From: Candidatus Nomurabacteria bacterium
Lineage (GTDB): Bacteria; Patescibacteriota; Patescibacteriia; HK-STAS-PATE-3
Length of the DNA stretch: 64,000 nucleotides
Direction: 5' to 3'
Assembly: GCA_023898465.1 (NCBI GenBank)
Contig: CP060223.1
Location: 992,001 to 1,056,000, forward strand
Within the stretch, counting starts at the first letter, position 1. Every line of letters starts with the position of its first letter. Shown one piece after another: positions 51,264 through 61,139 of this stretch. The notes under the pieces were generated by a model. The model saw only the letters and a list, made by a program, of their open reading frames with translations, was not told where the DNA came from and ran no database searches. Position numbers and translations under genes: made by a program.

Positions 51264-51989
51264 ATGCGACCTATCATGTTTGTTATCTGGCTGCTGGTAG
51301 TCAGCAGTATTGGGCTTGGGATCGCCCAAGCCAACCCTCGCACGGATCGGCAGGACCTCCTGATCGAGGATCAGGTAGCTCCTCACTTTGAGTTGAGGGA
51401 GGCACTGGGTAACGATGGCTACAACACCATCTTCGATGGCCAAGTCATCGAGGCTGACCAGCTGACTCAGCTCATTGCGGTTGTCGATACGATGAGCGCC
51501 AACGACGTCGAGTACGTGGAGTTTGTCTGGCGACCCATCGGCGAGACCAACTGGAACCTGATCGATGCAGATCTGCATATCAAGGACGGTGTCACTTGGG
51601 AACTCGGATCCTGGCAACCGGTGGATCTAGGCTATCCTATCATCGAGCTGGCTCCAGTCGGAGTTGACTACGTTGGAAATGTGGATTGGAATCCGGAGAC
51701 GCTGATCATCAGAACCTCGGCTTCAGCTCCATCGGCACCAGTGCGGCTGCGAGTCTACCGTGCTGGAGATGCTGGATATCAATTCCAGCTCATGTCACAG
51801 GGCGTACCTTCGGAGATTCAGATCTTCAATGTCGCCGGGCGTCGAGTCGCCCTACTGCCTGTACCGAGCAATGCGGAGCGCGTTACTTGGTCAGGTCGTA
51901 GCATGAGCGGCGAGCAGGTCGCCAACGGCGTTTACTTCGCCCGAGTAGCTGACAGCGATCAGCAAGCTCGAGTCGTGGTTCTGCGCTAG
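51264..51989 (+). CDS. secreted protein with C-terminal beta-sandwich sorting-like domain (T9SS CTD / FlgD-Ig-like)
   Basis: AAAGGAGG RBS; signal peptide; C-terminus IQIFNVAGRRVALLPVPSNAERVTWSGRSMSGEQVANGVYFARVADSDQQARVVVLR resembles Por/T9SS C-terminal domains. Confidence 0.5.
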   Translation: MRPIMFVIWLLVVSSIGLGIAQANPRTDRQDLLIEDQVAPHFELREALGNDGYNTIFDGQVIEADQLTQLIAVVDTMSANDVEYVEFVWRPIGETNWNLIDADLHIKDGVTWELGSWQPVDLGYPIIELAPVGVDYVGNVDWNPETLIIRTSASAPSAPVRLRVYRAGDAGYQFQLMSQGVPSEIQIFNVAGRRVALLPVPSNAERVTWSGRSMSGEQVANGVYFARVADSDQQARVVVLR

Positions 51990-52000
51990 TCAGTCTTCAA

Positions 52001-52036
52001 AAGCCCCATCTGGAAACAGGTGGGGCTTCTTCTTGA
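52001..52036 (+). terminator. intrinsic terminator AGCCCCATCTG-gaaa-CAGGTGGGGCT + TCTTCTT
   Basis: Seen directly. Confidence 0.55.
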
Positions 52037-52099
52037 CACATTTTTCCATGCCTGACAAAGTATGTCTGGTCGTTCTTTTTTGAGTAGTGGAGGTGAACG

Positions 52100-52420
52100 A
52101 TGGACCGGCCTGAGTATACCTTTCAGAATGGAGATGCGGTGTTCCGATTCACGGGGCATCTTGGTCGAGGCGGCGAGCACAATGGCGGATGTCATTGCGG
52201 ACAGGGAATGAGCGATCAGGCACACTATGTCCTGGCCACCCAGATTGACCCCGCCGGATCAGCCAGTGATCGGAATAACTGGCAGGTGGTTGCGGAGTTC
52301 TGTGATCCCTGGCGTGACTGTATGGCAGCCGAGCGTGGCAGCCGAGGTGATCGTACCTCAGCAGAACAGTGGGAGAAACCCGAACGAATTCAGGAGGCCT
52401 TGGAGCAGCTCCAGTCCTAG
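52100..52420 (+). CDS. hypothetical His/Cys-containing small protein
   Basis: GGAGGTGAACG RBS; HLGRGGEHNGGCHCGQG; terminator follows. Confidence 0.4.
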   Translation: MDRPEYTFQNGDAVFRFTGHLGRGGEHNGGCHCGQGMSDQAHYVLATQIDPAGSASDRNNWQVVAEFCDPWRDCMAAERGSRGDRTSAEQWEKPERIQEALEQLQS

Positions 52421-52522
52421 GATACATAAACGCCGTCGAGCCTGTCTCCGCGGCGTTTTCATAGCTCGCTACCCTATTCAGTAAAGGCGTTTTTTGGTAT
52501 ACTCATACCACGCAGAAACGGT

Positions 52523-54271
52523 ATGACACCAACAACGCAAAGGAAAGCAAATACAGGACAACATCGACGACGTCGACGATCCCGCAATCAAACAGCACCG
52601 GGACAGTCTTCTCCAAAGCTACGCCTGATACCCCTGGGTGGCATGGAAGAAGTTGGGCGAAATTCGATGATTTTAGAGTATGGGAAAGATATTCTCATTA
52701 TTGATTTGGGCTTGCAGTTTCCTGAGGAGGATATGCCGGGCGTGGATTATAGTATCCCAAATATTTCCTACCTCAAGGGCAAGGAAAAAAATGTACGAGG
52801 AATTCTCATCACGCATGGTCATTATGACCACATTGGAGGCGTGCCACATTTAGTGCATAAGTTAGGTAACCCAACCATTTACGGATCAGACCTTACTCTG
52901 GCGTTAATAAAGAAGAAGCAGGAAGATATCAACCCGCAGCACAAGCTGCGTTTAGTAACGGTAAAGAAAGATACGAAGTTAAAAATTGGCCCTTTCCGTA
53001 TTGAGTTTGTAGGCCTGTCTCATAATATCCCTGCTAGCTTTGGTATTATCATACATACCCCCCTCGGCCCAGTGATGCACACGGGTGATTTTAAGATTGA
53101 CCATAAGGGTGGCTATCGCAACGAGACTGATATTCAAAAAATCGAGCGTTTGAAAAAAATGCGGATGTTGGCGCTCATGTGTGATTCAACCAATGCCCCA
53201 CATCAAGGCCATCAACTTTCTGAGAGTGAAATTACTCAGAACCTAGAAGAAATGTTTAAGCGAGCAAAAGGACGCATAATTTTTGCTACTTTTGCATCTT
53301 TGCTTACTCGCATTCAGCAGATTGTGTGGCTGGCCGAGAAGCACAATCGTAAAGTGCAGGTTGAAGGCTTCAGCATGCGTACTAATATTGAGATTGCGAA
53401 ACAGCTAGGCTATCTCAAGTCAAAAAAAAACACTTTTGTGAAAGATAAGGAAGCAGCGAAATTGCCCGACAGTCGCCGTGTGATTCTTTCCACCGGCGCG
53501 CAAGGTGAAGAGCGGGCAGTGTTGATGCGTATGGCAAACGGCGAACATAAGTATTTGAAAATCCAAAAAGGCGACCTAGTCGTATTTTCATCTTCCGTGG
53601 TGCCGGGGAATGAGCGGGCAGTGCAGCGCTTAAAGGATGGACTCTTCCGCGAAGGTGCAGATGTATATGACAACCAGATGCTCGATATTCACGCTGGCGG
53701 TCATGCCAAAAGCGAGGATCTTCGCTGGTTCATCCGCACGATTCGACCGCAGTACTTTATTCCTATTGAAGGCAATCACTCTTTCCTACGCATGAACGCA
53801 CGCTACGCTATGGAGGAGGGCATGGCCGAGGATCACGTCTTAGTCGCTGATAACGGTCAGGTGATTGAATTTACGAAGCAAGGTGGCAAGTTGACCAAGG
53901 AATATGTCCCAACCGATCATGTTTTTGTGGATGGCTTAGGCGTGGGCGATGTTTCTCATGTGGTGCTCCGTGATCGTAAGCATTTATCAGCCGACGGCAT
54001 GGTGTTGATTGTAGCGACTGTCGATGGTCGGACTGGTCGGCCCCTTGGGAAGCCCGACATTATTACGCGAGGTTTTATTTTCCCACAAAGCAATCAACAG
54101 TTGTTGAATGAAATTCGTAAGACGGTGCAGGGTGAGCTCAAAGACACCGAGCCAAAGACTCAGGCAAATGAAGCTGATTTGCGCAATAAAATTCGTAAGG
54201 CATTAGAAAAGCTCATCTTCAAGCGCATTGAGCGCACGCCAATGATTTTGCCAGTAATCATAGTGACCTAG
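52523..54271 (+). CDS. rnj: ribonuclease J (metallo-beta-lactamase / beta-CASP)
   Basis: HGHYDHIGG motif, beta-CASP region, Lys/Arg-rich N-terminal extension. Confidence 0.9.
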   Translation: MTPTTQRKANTGQHRRRRRSRNQTAPGQSSPKLRLIPLGGMEEVGRNSMILEYGKDILIIDLGLQFPEEDMPGVDYSIPNISYLKGKEKNVRGILITHGHYDHIGGVPHLVHKLGNPTIYGSDLTLALIKKKQEDINPQHKLRLVTVKKDTKLKIGPFRIEFVGLSHNIPASFGIIIHTPLGPVMHTGDFKIDHKGGYRNETDIQKIERLKKMRMLALMCDSTNAPHQGHQLSESEITQNLEEMFKRAKGRIIFATFASLLTRIQQIVWLAEKHNRKVQVEGFSMRTNIEIAKQLGYLKSKKNTFVKDKEAAKLPDSRRVILSTGAQGEERAVLMRMANGEHKYLKIQKGDLVVFSSSVVPGNERAVQRLKDGLFREGADVYDNQMLDIHAGGHAKSEDLRWFIRTIRPQYFIPIEGNHSFLRMNARYAMEEGMAEDHVLVADNGQVIEFTKQGGKLTKEYVPTDHVFVDGLGVGDVSHVVLRDRKHLSADGMVLIVATVDGRTGRPLGKPDIITRGFIFPQSNQQLLNEIRKTVQGELKDTEPKTQANEADLRNKIRKALEKLIFKRIERTPMILPVIIVT

Positions 54272-54272
54272 T

Positions 54273-55262
54273 ATGGCAAAAACCACCCCTCGAGTTTTTT
54301 CAGGCATTCAGCCTTCCGGTACTCTTCACCTTGGTAATTACCTGGGTGCGTTAAAACAATGGGTGCCGCTGCAAGAGACCCATGACTGTATTTTTAGCAT
54401 TGTTGATCTGCACGCGATTACCGTTCCCTACGAGCCTAAAGATTTGCAGCAGCGTATCCTTGATGTCGCGCTAGATTATTTAGCAGCAGGTTTAGATCCA
54501 AAAAAGGCGACCTTATTTGTCCAATCGCATGTGCCTGAGCACGCTGAGTTGGCTTGGTCATTAAATACGATTACCCCTCTAGGGGAGCTTGAAAGAATGA
54601 CGCAGTATAAAGAGAAGTCCTATCAGCACGCATCAACGAGTGCGGGTATTTTAACCTATCCCGTGCTCATGGCCGCAGATATTCTTCTTTATGGCACGCA
54701 GATTGTGCCAGTTGGTGAAGATCAGCAGCAGCATGTAGAGCTCACCCGTATTATCGCACGGAAGTTTAATAGTCGCTTTGGTCAAACCTTCATCGAAGCA
54801 AAAACGCAATTAACTGAGGCAAAGCGTGTTATGTCGCTGGCTGATCCCTTAAAGAAAATGTCCAAATCGCTCGGGCCGAAGCATTATATTGCACTGACTG
54901 ATGATGAAAAAACGATTCGCGAAAAAGTTGCCAAAGCAGTGACGGCCAGCGGTGGGCAGACTACAGGTGAGATGGATCCTGGGGTGAAAAATTTACTCGT
55001 GCTTTTGAAGGAGTTTGGCACCTCAGCTCAGGTGAAGAAGTACGAAGCAGCCTATGCTGACGGTAGTATTCGTTATAGCGACCTGAAGCACGATTTAGCT
55101 GATGCTTTGGTAAAAGGTTTAGCACCGTTCCAAGAGCGCCGGGCCAAGCTGGCCAAAGATCCCAAAAAGGTTTGGAAGATCTTGCACGATGGTGCGAAAA
55201 AAGCTCGACCGATTGCTCAGCAGACAATGCAAGACGTGAAGCAGGTAATGGGTTTAGCTTAG
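54273..55262 (+). CDS. trpS: tryptophan--tRNA ligase
   Basis: GIQPSGTLHLGNYLGAL (HIGH-type) and KKMSKS. Confidence 0.9.
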   Translation: MAKTTPRVFSGIQPSGTLHLGNYLGALKQWVPLQETHDCIFSIVDLHAITVPYEPKDLQQRILDVALDYLAAGLDPKKATLFVQSHVPEHAELAWSLNTITPLGELERMTQYKEKSYQHASTSAGILTYPVLMAADILLYGTQIVPVGEDQQQHVELTRIIARKFNSRFGQTFIEAKTQLTEAKRVMSLADPLKKMSKSLGPKHYIALTDDEKTIREKVAKAVTASGGQTTGEMDPGVKNLLVLLKEFGTSAQVKKYEAAYADGSIRYSDLKHDLADALVKGLAPFQERRAKLAKDPKKVWKILHDGAKKARPIAQQTMQDVKQVMGLA

Positions 55263-56039
55263 ATTTACTTTTTCGAAGCGGACCGGATGGCCCAGCCAGC
55301 GAGCAGCCATGTCATTTGCGTGCGGGGTGACATCAGTCAGCGTGAAAACCGCTTCACCGTTTTTTGCTAATTGCGCGTCCAAATCAGGATGCTCCTGCAG
55401 GTAATGCTTAATAGTAGCAGCTGTCTCTTCTGCTGGGTCAATAATAGCAACTCGCTTGCCAGCTTTCTGATGAATGATGTTCTTCAGCAAGGGGTAATGG
55501 GTGCAGGCGAGAATGAGGGTATCGATTTGCTGTCGCTTCAAAGGATAGAGATAGCTGCGTAGGACCATTTTTGTGGCTGGTTTATCCAACCAGTTTTCCT
55601 CCACTAACGGCACCAAGAGAGGACAAGCTTGCCCAAACACCTCAATCTTTTTTGCATTGGTTAACTCGCGCTCATAAATACCCGAGTTGATAGTTGCTCG
55701 CGTGCCAATCACTCCGACACGGCCCTTGCTTACATCATGGGCGTGTTTTACTGCTGGACCAATAACGTCAAAGATTGGAATCTCGGGATATTTTTCACGC
55801 AGGGCAGGGAGCGCAACACTCGAAGCTGAGTTGCAGGCAACTACCAGGATTTTCGCACCGTGCTTTACTAATTCCTCCGCGTCATCCAAGGCATACTGAA
55901 TAATCGCCTCAGGGCTTTTGTTGCCATAGGGCATCCGGGCCGTATCGCCCAGATAACGAAAAGCATAACCAGGTAAGACCTTTTGCAATTCTTTAACGAC
56001 AGTTAAGCCCCCGATGCCTGAGTCAAAAATGCCGATCAT
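55254..56039 (-). CDS. murI: glutamate racemase
   Basis: MIGIFDSGIGGLTV..., LVVACNSAS, ILACTHYPLL. Confidence 0.9.
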   Translation of the reverse strand: MIGIFDSGIGGLTVVKELQKVLPGYAFRYLGDTARMPYGNKSPEAIIQYALDDAEELVKHGAKILVVACNSASSVALPALREKYPEIPIFDVIGPAVKHAHDVSKGRVGVIGTRATINSGIYERELTNAKKIEVFGQACPLLVPLVEENWLDKPATKMVLRSYLYPLKRQQIDTLILACTHYPLLKNIIHQKAGKRVAIIDPAEETAATIKHYLQEHPDLDAQLAKNGEAVFTLTDVTPHANDMAARWLGHPVRFEKVNLS

Positions 56040-56042
56040 ATA

Positions 56043-57467
56043 TTATTCCAGCGCTTCTAAGTTTACATTAATCTTTGCCTTCCAGTCGATTTCTAGGAAG
56101 GTGTGCAATTTATCAGAGAGATATTTTCGCAGCTCGTCGTAACGTCCTTGGGCTGTTGCCTCGTATTTTACCGTGAGGTAGGGACCGTTTTGCGAATAAC
56201 GCACCACAAACATCGCATCTGGTAATTCTAAACGCACGCCATCACCAGCTCGCTCGTCATCAATTACGTCCGCATCAGGGTAATCCTTTTTCAACTCAGC
56301 GCTAATTCTTTGGACCACATCAACTTTTTTTGTATCGTCGCAGTAGAGTTTAATTTCCGGACTGGAGATAAACTTTGGTAGTTGCTCAAGTGCTTGTGAA
56401 AGGGTTTGGCCGCTTCGTGAGAGATAGTGCAGTAGGCGCATGGTGGAGTAGAGGCCATCATCGTGGTTGTAAAAGTCAGCCGAAAAAAAGAAGTGGCCGG
56501 AAAGCTCTCCAATAAAAGCAGCTTTTACTTCCTGGTTTTTCTTTTTAAGGAATGAATGGCCGGTTCGCCACATGAATGGCTCGCCGCCGTGCTTTGTAAT
56601 AGTTTCCGGCACGACTTTTGAGCAGAGGGTGTTAAACATTATTTTGGCGCCTGGATGATCCTCTAATACCTCAACCGCAAAAAGGGCAACCAGCACGTCG
56701 TTCCAAATAATGGTGCCTTTTTCATCCACTACGCCAATACGGTCTCCATCTGGATCATAGGTGAAGCCAATGTCAGCCTTAGCTTCTAATACCGCCTTAC
56801 GAAGGTCTTCTGCTACATCATTTTCCGTTGGGTCGCAGGTCATAGGGAAGCTCGGATCGACCTCAGTTCGATATTCAATAACTTCGCAACCAGCCTGCCG
56901 GAGGAGCTCTGGAGCAATTGCGCCTGAGGTGGCATGACGAGCATTCACGACCACGCGGAATTTCTTTTCAAGCGGCAAACGCTTAATGAGATCGGCATAA
57001 TAAGCGGGTCGAATATCTTGCTGACGTATCTGACCTGCTTCCTCCCCTTGCTCATAATCCTCTTCTTCAACCATGCGCTGAATTTCCTGCATACCTTCAG
57101 TGACCAGTGTTTCAGAAAGGCCAATTGCGAATTTAAATCCGTTGTATTCAGCCGGGTTATGAGAAGCGGATACCATAGCGCCGCCCGGGCGATTAAGATA
57201 GTGCTGCGCCCAATAAAAAGTGCCAACTAAGTTCATGCCAATATCGACCACATCGATTCCTGCCCAGCTGTATCCTTTCATGAGCGCTTCACTATAGGCA
57301 GGACTGGATGCTCGAAAGTCGCGCGCCACCACTGCTTGGGTGATGCCATGTCGCTTCATATAGGTACCATGCGCCCGACCAAGATGTTCAGCGATTTCCG
57401 GGTTTAATTCTTTATCAACAAGGCCGCGGAGATCATAGGCACGGAACATCGTTGGGGTGATTTTCAT
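56043..57467 (-). CDS. phosphoglucomutase/phosphomannomutase family protein
   Basis: Active-site SASHNPAEYNGFKF; four-domain architecture. Confidence 0.85.
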   Translation of the reverse strand: MKITPTMFRAYDLRGLVDKELNPEIAEHLGRAHGTYMKRHGITQAVVARDFRASSPAYSEALMKGYSWAGIDVVDIGMNLVGTFYWAQHYLNRPGGAMVSASHNPAEYNGFKFAIGLSETLVTEGMQEIQRMVEEEDYEQGEEAGQIRQQDIRPAYYADLIKRLPLEKKFRVVVNARHATSGAIAPELLRQAGCEVIEYRTEVDPSFPMTCDPTENDVAEDLRKAVLEAKADIGFTYDPDGDRIGVVDEKGTIIWNDVLVALFAVEVLEDHPGAKIMFNTLCSKVVPETITKHGGEPFMWRTGHSFLKKKNQEVKAAFIGELSGHFFFSADFYNHDDGLYSTMRLLHYLSRSGQTLSQALEQLPKFISSPEIKLYCDDTKKVDVVQRISAELKKDYPDADVIDDERAGDGVRLELPDAMFVVRYSQNGPYLTVKYEATAQGRYDELRKYLSDKLHTFLEIDWKAKINVNLEALE

Positions 57468-57598
57468 AGCGTGAATATTAGGATGAAAAGCTGGATAAGA
57501 CTGCTTATCTGCTGCCTTTATCCTACGCTTTTTTTAGGCTTTTTTCAATAGGAAAAGGCGCATCCGGAATGTTCCAGATGCGCCCTGATGTCCCCCAG

Positions 57599-57895
57599 CT
57601 ACCGACTGGCAGCGACGCCCTTCCAGCGGCCGTTGAAGTGGGTTTTGATGCCCCGCTTCTCGAGCCAGGTGGCGTTTGCAGCCGTGTCGGTGGTGACCGA
57701 CGTGGCGTCCGCCCGGAGATGAGTAGCAAGTCGATGCATATCCCCGACTACCTGACCGTCCGAGAAGACAGTCATCTCTTCGTCACCTTCAGGTCCGACC
57801 ATGTAGTTGAGTCGACGACCATCATGCAAGGAGAGAGTGAGCGGAACGCGCTTGGGCTTACGAGCCCGTGTCGGTTTCCCAGTCTTTGCCGTCAT
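57599..57895 (-). CDS. hypothetical protein (GC-rich)
   Basis: Hairpin/T-run terminator (GGCGCATC...GATGCGCC) downstream on the gene strand; weak RBS. Confidence 0.3.
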   Translation of the reverse strand: MTAKTGKPTRARKPKRVPLTLSLHDGRRLNYMVGPEGDEEMTVFSDGQVVGDMHRLATHLRADATSVTTDTAANATWLEKRGIKTHFNGRWKGVAASR

Positions 57896-58387
57896 ACTTG
57901 AGCCCTTCTTTCGAAGTGTGAATCTTCCTATGTCCCATCCATGGGACGCGAACGAAACGTAGAGCAGGCTCTACTAAAGGAATTTCAGTGTCATTCGACC
58001 TCCACAGCTAGCTCCCAATTCCCCCAGTTTCCTCGGATGAACACTCCTTCGATTGAAGGATGAAAAAGGCGAGGTGAGTCTCTACATGTTCACTCGGACA
58101 CAGATAGCAGAGTGTGCTGACGGGTGAGGGCTCAAGCTAACCCAGTCAGTCACAATGCTACCGTGCCGTTTCCTTAGAACAGTCTACAGAGAGACTCACC
58201 TCAGATCGGTAGTTTGAGATTGCGAAAGAGCAATCGAACTGTACGCACAAAAATAGCCCCTATTTGGGCTTTTGTCAAGACTATAGCGATAGTAAAAAAT
58301 TTCCTGGAGCGGGTAGCTCCCGCAATTCAGCGGGATAAAGTCCATCGAACCCGCACTGTATGTAAGTATTTCTCCTTACGTCCTCTG

Positions 58388-58458
58388 AGCGGGTGAGGGG
58401 AATCGAACCCCTGGCATCAGCTTGGAAAGCTGAGGTATTACCACTATACGACACCCGC
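58388..58458 (-). tRNA. tRNA-Gly (anticodon TCC)
   Basis: Acceptor GCGGGTG/CACCCGC, D-stem GTAT/ATAC, anticodon stem TCAGC/GCTGA with loop TTTCCAA, T-arm AGGGGTTCGATTCCCCT. Confidence 0.8.
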
Positions 58459-58524
58459 TCAGAAGAAATAAGACTTAGTAGAGCCTTTAGAGCAGAATTA
58501 CCCTAGCAGCTTTTTTCTACCGTT

Positions 58525-58875
58525 TCAAGTCTTAGGCGGCTGCCAAAGATATTTTTTTAGATCCACGGTATACACGCCATTTTTGATCTCTACTTGCACA
58601 CCCTCTTTTTCCAAGAGTCGTTTCTGTGTGACCTGGGTATGAGTTTCGCAAGTCGTACTTATTTCTCCTCGGCTATTAATTACTCGATGCCAGGGCAGAG
58701 CTTGATTATCCAGTTGATGAAGTGCCCAGCCAACCACGCGGGCTGCTCGGGGTGTACTGATGAGTGCGGCAAGTTGCCCATAGGTAGAAACTCGCCCATA
58801 GGGGATTTGTTCCATTAGCACATAGACAGCTTGGAAGAAATTTTTATTTTGCACTTTCTTTTTTTGTCTCACCAT
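58525..58875 (-). CDS. alkyltransferase-like (ATL) protein: MGMT/Ogt DNA-binding domain with Cys replaced by Trp in the PCHR motif (PWHRV)
   Basis: YGQLAALI...RAARVVGWAL...LPWHRVINSRG. Confidence 0.65.
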   Translation of the reverse strand: MVRQKKKVQNKNFFQAVYVLMEQIPYGRVSTYGQLAALISTPRAARVVGWALHQLDNQALPWHRVINSRGEISTTCETHTQVTQKRLLEKEGVQVEIKNGVYTVDLKKYLWQPPKT

Positions 58876-58994
58876 AGGCCTACTCTAGAGCGCTTCTCTC
58901 CTATCGTCAATTGCTTGGGACCAAAGCATTACTATGGTATAATAATGCTTGAAGTATTTTCTTATTTCTAGTTATTTTTTAGGGGACACGGGGG

Positions 58995-61136
58995 ATGGAT
59001 CAACACAATTTTTCTTCGGCAGGGAATACGTCGGGTACACCACAACCCCTGGATGACTTTTCTGTACCATCGCATGCGCCGGTAGCTCCAACGCAGCCTT
59101 CATATACCCCTCGAGTCGCTTTTACACCACCATCCACCCAAGTGCAGACTCCAACTGACAAGCAAATGCCAAACTTAAATGCACAACAAATGCCGCCAGT
59201 GATTCCGCCAAGTACTCCTGAGCCGCTTCATCAATCTCCAGCATATACCGGGCAGGGTCGGACGCCTCGTCGCAGTTCGTCAGCCCCTAAAATTCTCCTG
59301 GGGGTTTTATTTGGATTACTCTTGGTCGGAGGTACGGCCTGGGCTTCAATGACTGGTTATCTCCCTTTTGAAATTCCCTTCCTACCAAATAACAGTTCAG
59401 CAAAGCTGCTAGGTGAGGCATTTAGCAAGTTGAACAATGCGACTGAAGGACAAACAAAAATAGAAATCAGCGCAAAAGTAGAAACAAAAGGAGTTGATGT
59501 TCCTACACCACCAGAAGCTTTACATTCTACAAATACTAATAGTGAAAGCACGGTTCGTACTCTTCTTGCAGATTTTTCTGACGGTTCAGCAATGAATATT
59601 TCCATTGATGGATTTACAGTTAAGTCAGACAAAAGCGATTTATTGAATTCCGAAGGTCATATTACTGCTAACCCGGTAATCAATGGTCAAAGCTGGCCTA
59701 CGGTCGTTAATCTGAAACTTGTAGATGGGGTTTATTATATCAACATTGAGAAGCTACCAGAGATACCATTCTTTCCTAGCGATACAACAGCAATCGTTGG
59801 TAAGTGGATTAAAATTGACTTGGCAGAAATTGCCGGCTTGGCTGCAGGAGAAGATTTGCCAGTTAATATCCAAAAAACTCCGTCGGCAGATCAAGAAGAG
59901 CAATTGATGCTCATTGTGCAGTCAGCTTATGAGGATGGCGTGTTCACTGTTGATGAGTCAGTCGAGAGTGAGAATATAAATGGAATCTCCACAAAGCGAT
60001 TCAGCGTGCATTTTCAGGCAGCGGCTATTCCGGCTTGGTATAACAATATTACTCAGGATTTGATTGAGCGTTATCCCAGTACGGCACTCTTACCTTATGA
60101 TGCGAGTTTCTACAAAGAATTAATAGATGCAGATAACCAAGCTGCGATGCAGTACCTCTTTGACCTTTCAGAAGTAAATTTTTGGGTCCAGCCAACAAGT
60201 AAAGAAATAGTACAGTACAGTCTTGCTACTCGAATTCCTTTTTCTTCGCAGCTTGACGGCCAGTATGATAAACAACTTACTCTTTCATTTACTCAAACCT
60301 TGACTGATCTCGATCCCGGTCAAAGCGTGACTGCGCCAACCGAAACGATGAGCGCCGAAGAAGCGCAGTTGGCACTCCTAGGAAGTGTTGAGAATGGCTT
60401 CAGTACAGACCCTGTTTCTGCCGAGATACAAAATCAATTTGTGAAGCTAGTAAACGTCTGGGGAGCGCTTGATGAATATTACGCTCAGAACGAGACCTAC
60501 CCACTTGTCTTAAGTGATTTACTCACTGACTACCTTACCGAGGAAGATATACTCGATGTATTTACTGCTGCAGAATTTCCTTATAGCAGTGACGGGACTA
60601 CCTATTCTTTAACATATCAAATGCTGAATGTATCAGTTTCTGTGAGGGATTATGTGGAGGGCGAAAACACTATGACACCAGACCTGCTTTCAGTTGAGGC
60701 GCAGACAGTGCAAACGAGCGCAAACGCGAATACAAATACCAGCACAGCAAACACGAATAACAATGTTCTGGATGATGACGTGGTAGTAAATCTAGATTCA
60801 GATAAGGATGGCTTGCCGGATTCACGAGAAAAGATTTATAAGACCGATCCCTATGATGCTGATACGGACGATGATGGGTATTTAGATGGCGCAGAAGTTT
60901 CTAGCGGTTACGATCCACTTGGTCCAGGCTTGCTGGAAGACTCGATTATTTACAATTACAATACCAATACTTCTTCAAGTAATGGTCTAGCAGATTCCGA
61001 TAGCGATGGACTAACTGATGATGAAGAAGCGCAATACGGCACTGATCCGAATAACCCTGACACTGATGGTGACGGATATGCTGACGGCGAGGAAGTGCAG
61101 AACGGCTACAATCCCAACGGGTCCGGGACACTTTAA
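58995..61136 (+). CDS. large secreted/membrane-anchored protein with Pro/Thr/Gln-rich N-terminal region and C-terminal thrombospondin-type-3-like calcium-binding Asp-rich repeats
   Basis: TM at about residue 100; C-terminal DSDKDGLPD...DADTDDDGYLDGAEV...DSDSDGLTDDEE...DPNNPDTDGDGYADGEE repeats. Confidence 0.55.
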   Translation: MDQHNFSSAGNTSGTPQPLDDFSVPSHAPVAPTQPSYTPRVAFTPPSTQVQTPTDKQMPNLNAQQMPPVIPPSTPEPLHQSPAYTGQGRTPRRSSSAPKILLGVLFGLLLVGGTAWASMTGYLPFEIPFLPNNSSAKLLGEAFSKLNNATEGQTKIEISAKVETKGVDVPTPPEALHSTNTNSESTVRTLLADFSDGSAMNISIDGFTVKSDKSDLLNSEGHITANPVINGQSWPTVVNLKLVDGVYYINIEKLPEIPFFPSDTTAIVGKWIKIDLAEIAGLAAGEDLPVNIQKTPSADQEEQLMLIVQSAYEDGVFTVDESVESENINGISTKRFSVHFQAAAIPAWYNNITQDLIERYPSTALLPYDASFYKELIDADNQAAMQYLFDLSEVNFWVQPTSKEIVQYSLATRIPFSSQLDGQYDKQLTLSFTQTLTDLDPGQSVTAPTETMSAEEAQLALLGSVENGFSTDPVSAEIQNQFVKLVNVWGALDEYYAQNETYPLVLSDLLTDYLTEEDILDVFTAAEFPYSSDGTTYSLTYQMLNVSVSVRDYVEGENTMTPDLLSVEAQTVQTSANANTNTSTANTNNNVLDDDVVVNLDSDKDGLPDSREKIYKTDPYDADTDDDGYLDGAEVSSGYDPLGPGLLEDSIIYNYNTNTSSSNGLADSDSDGLTDDEEAQYGTDPNNPDTDGDGYADGEEVQNGYNPNGSGTL

Positions 61137-61139
61137 TCT

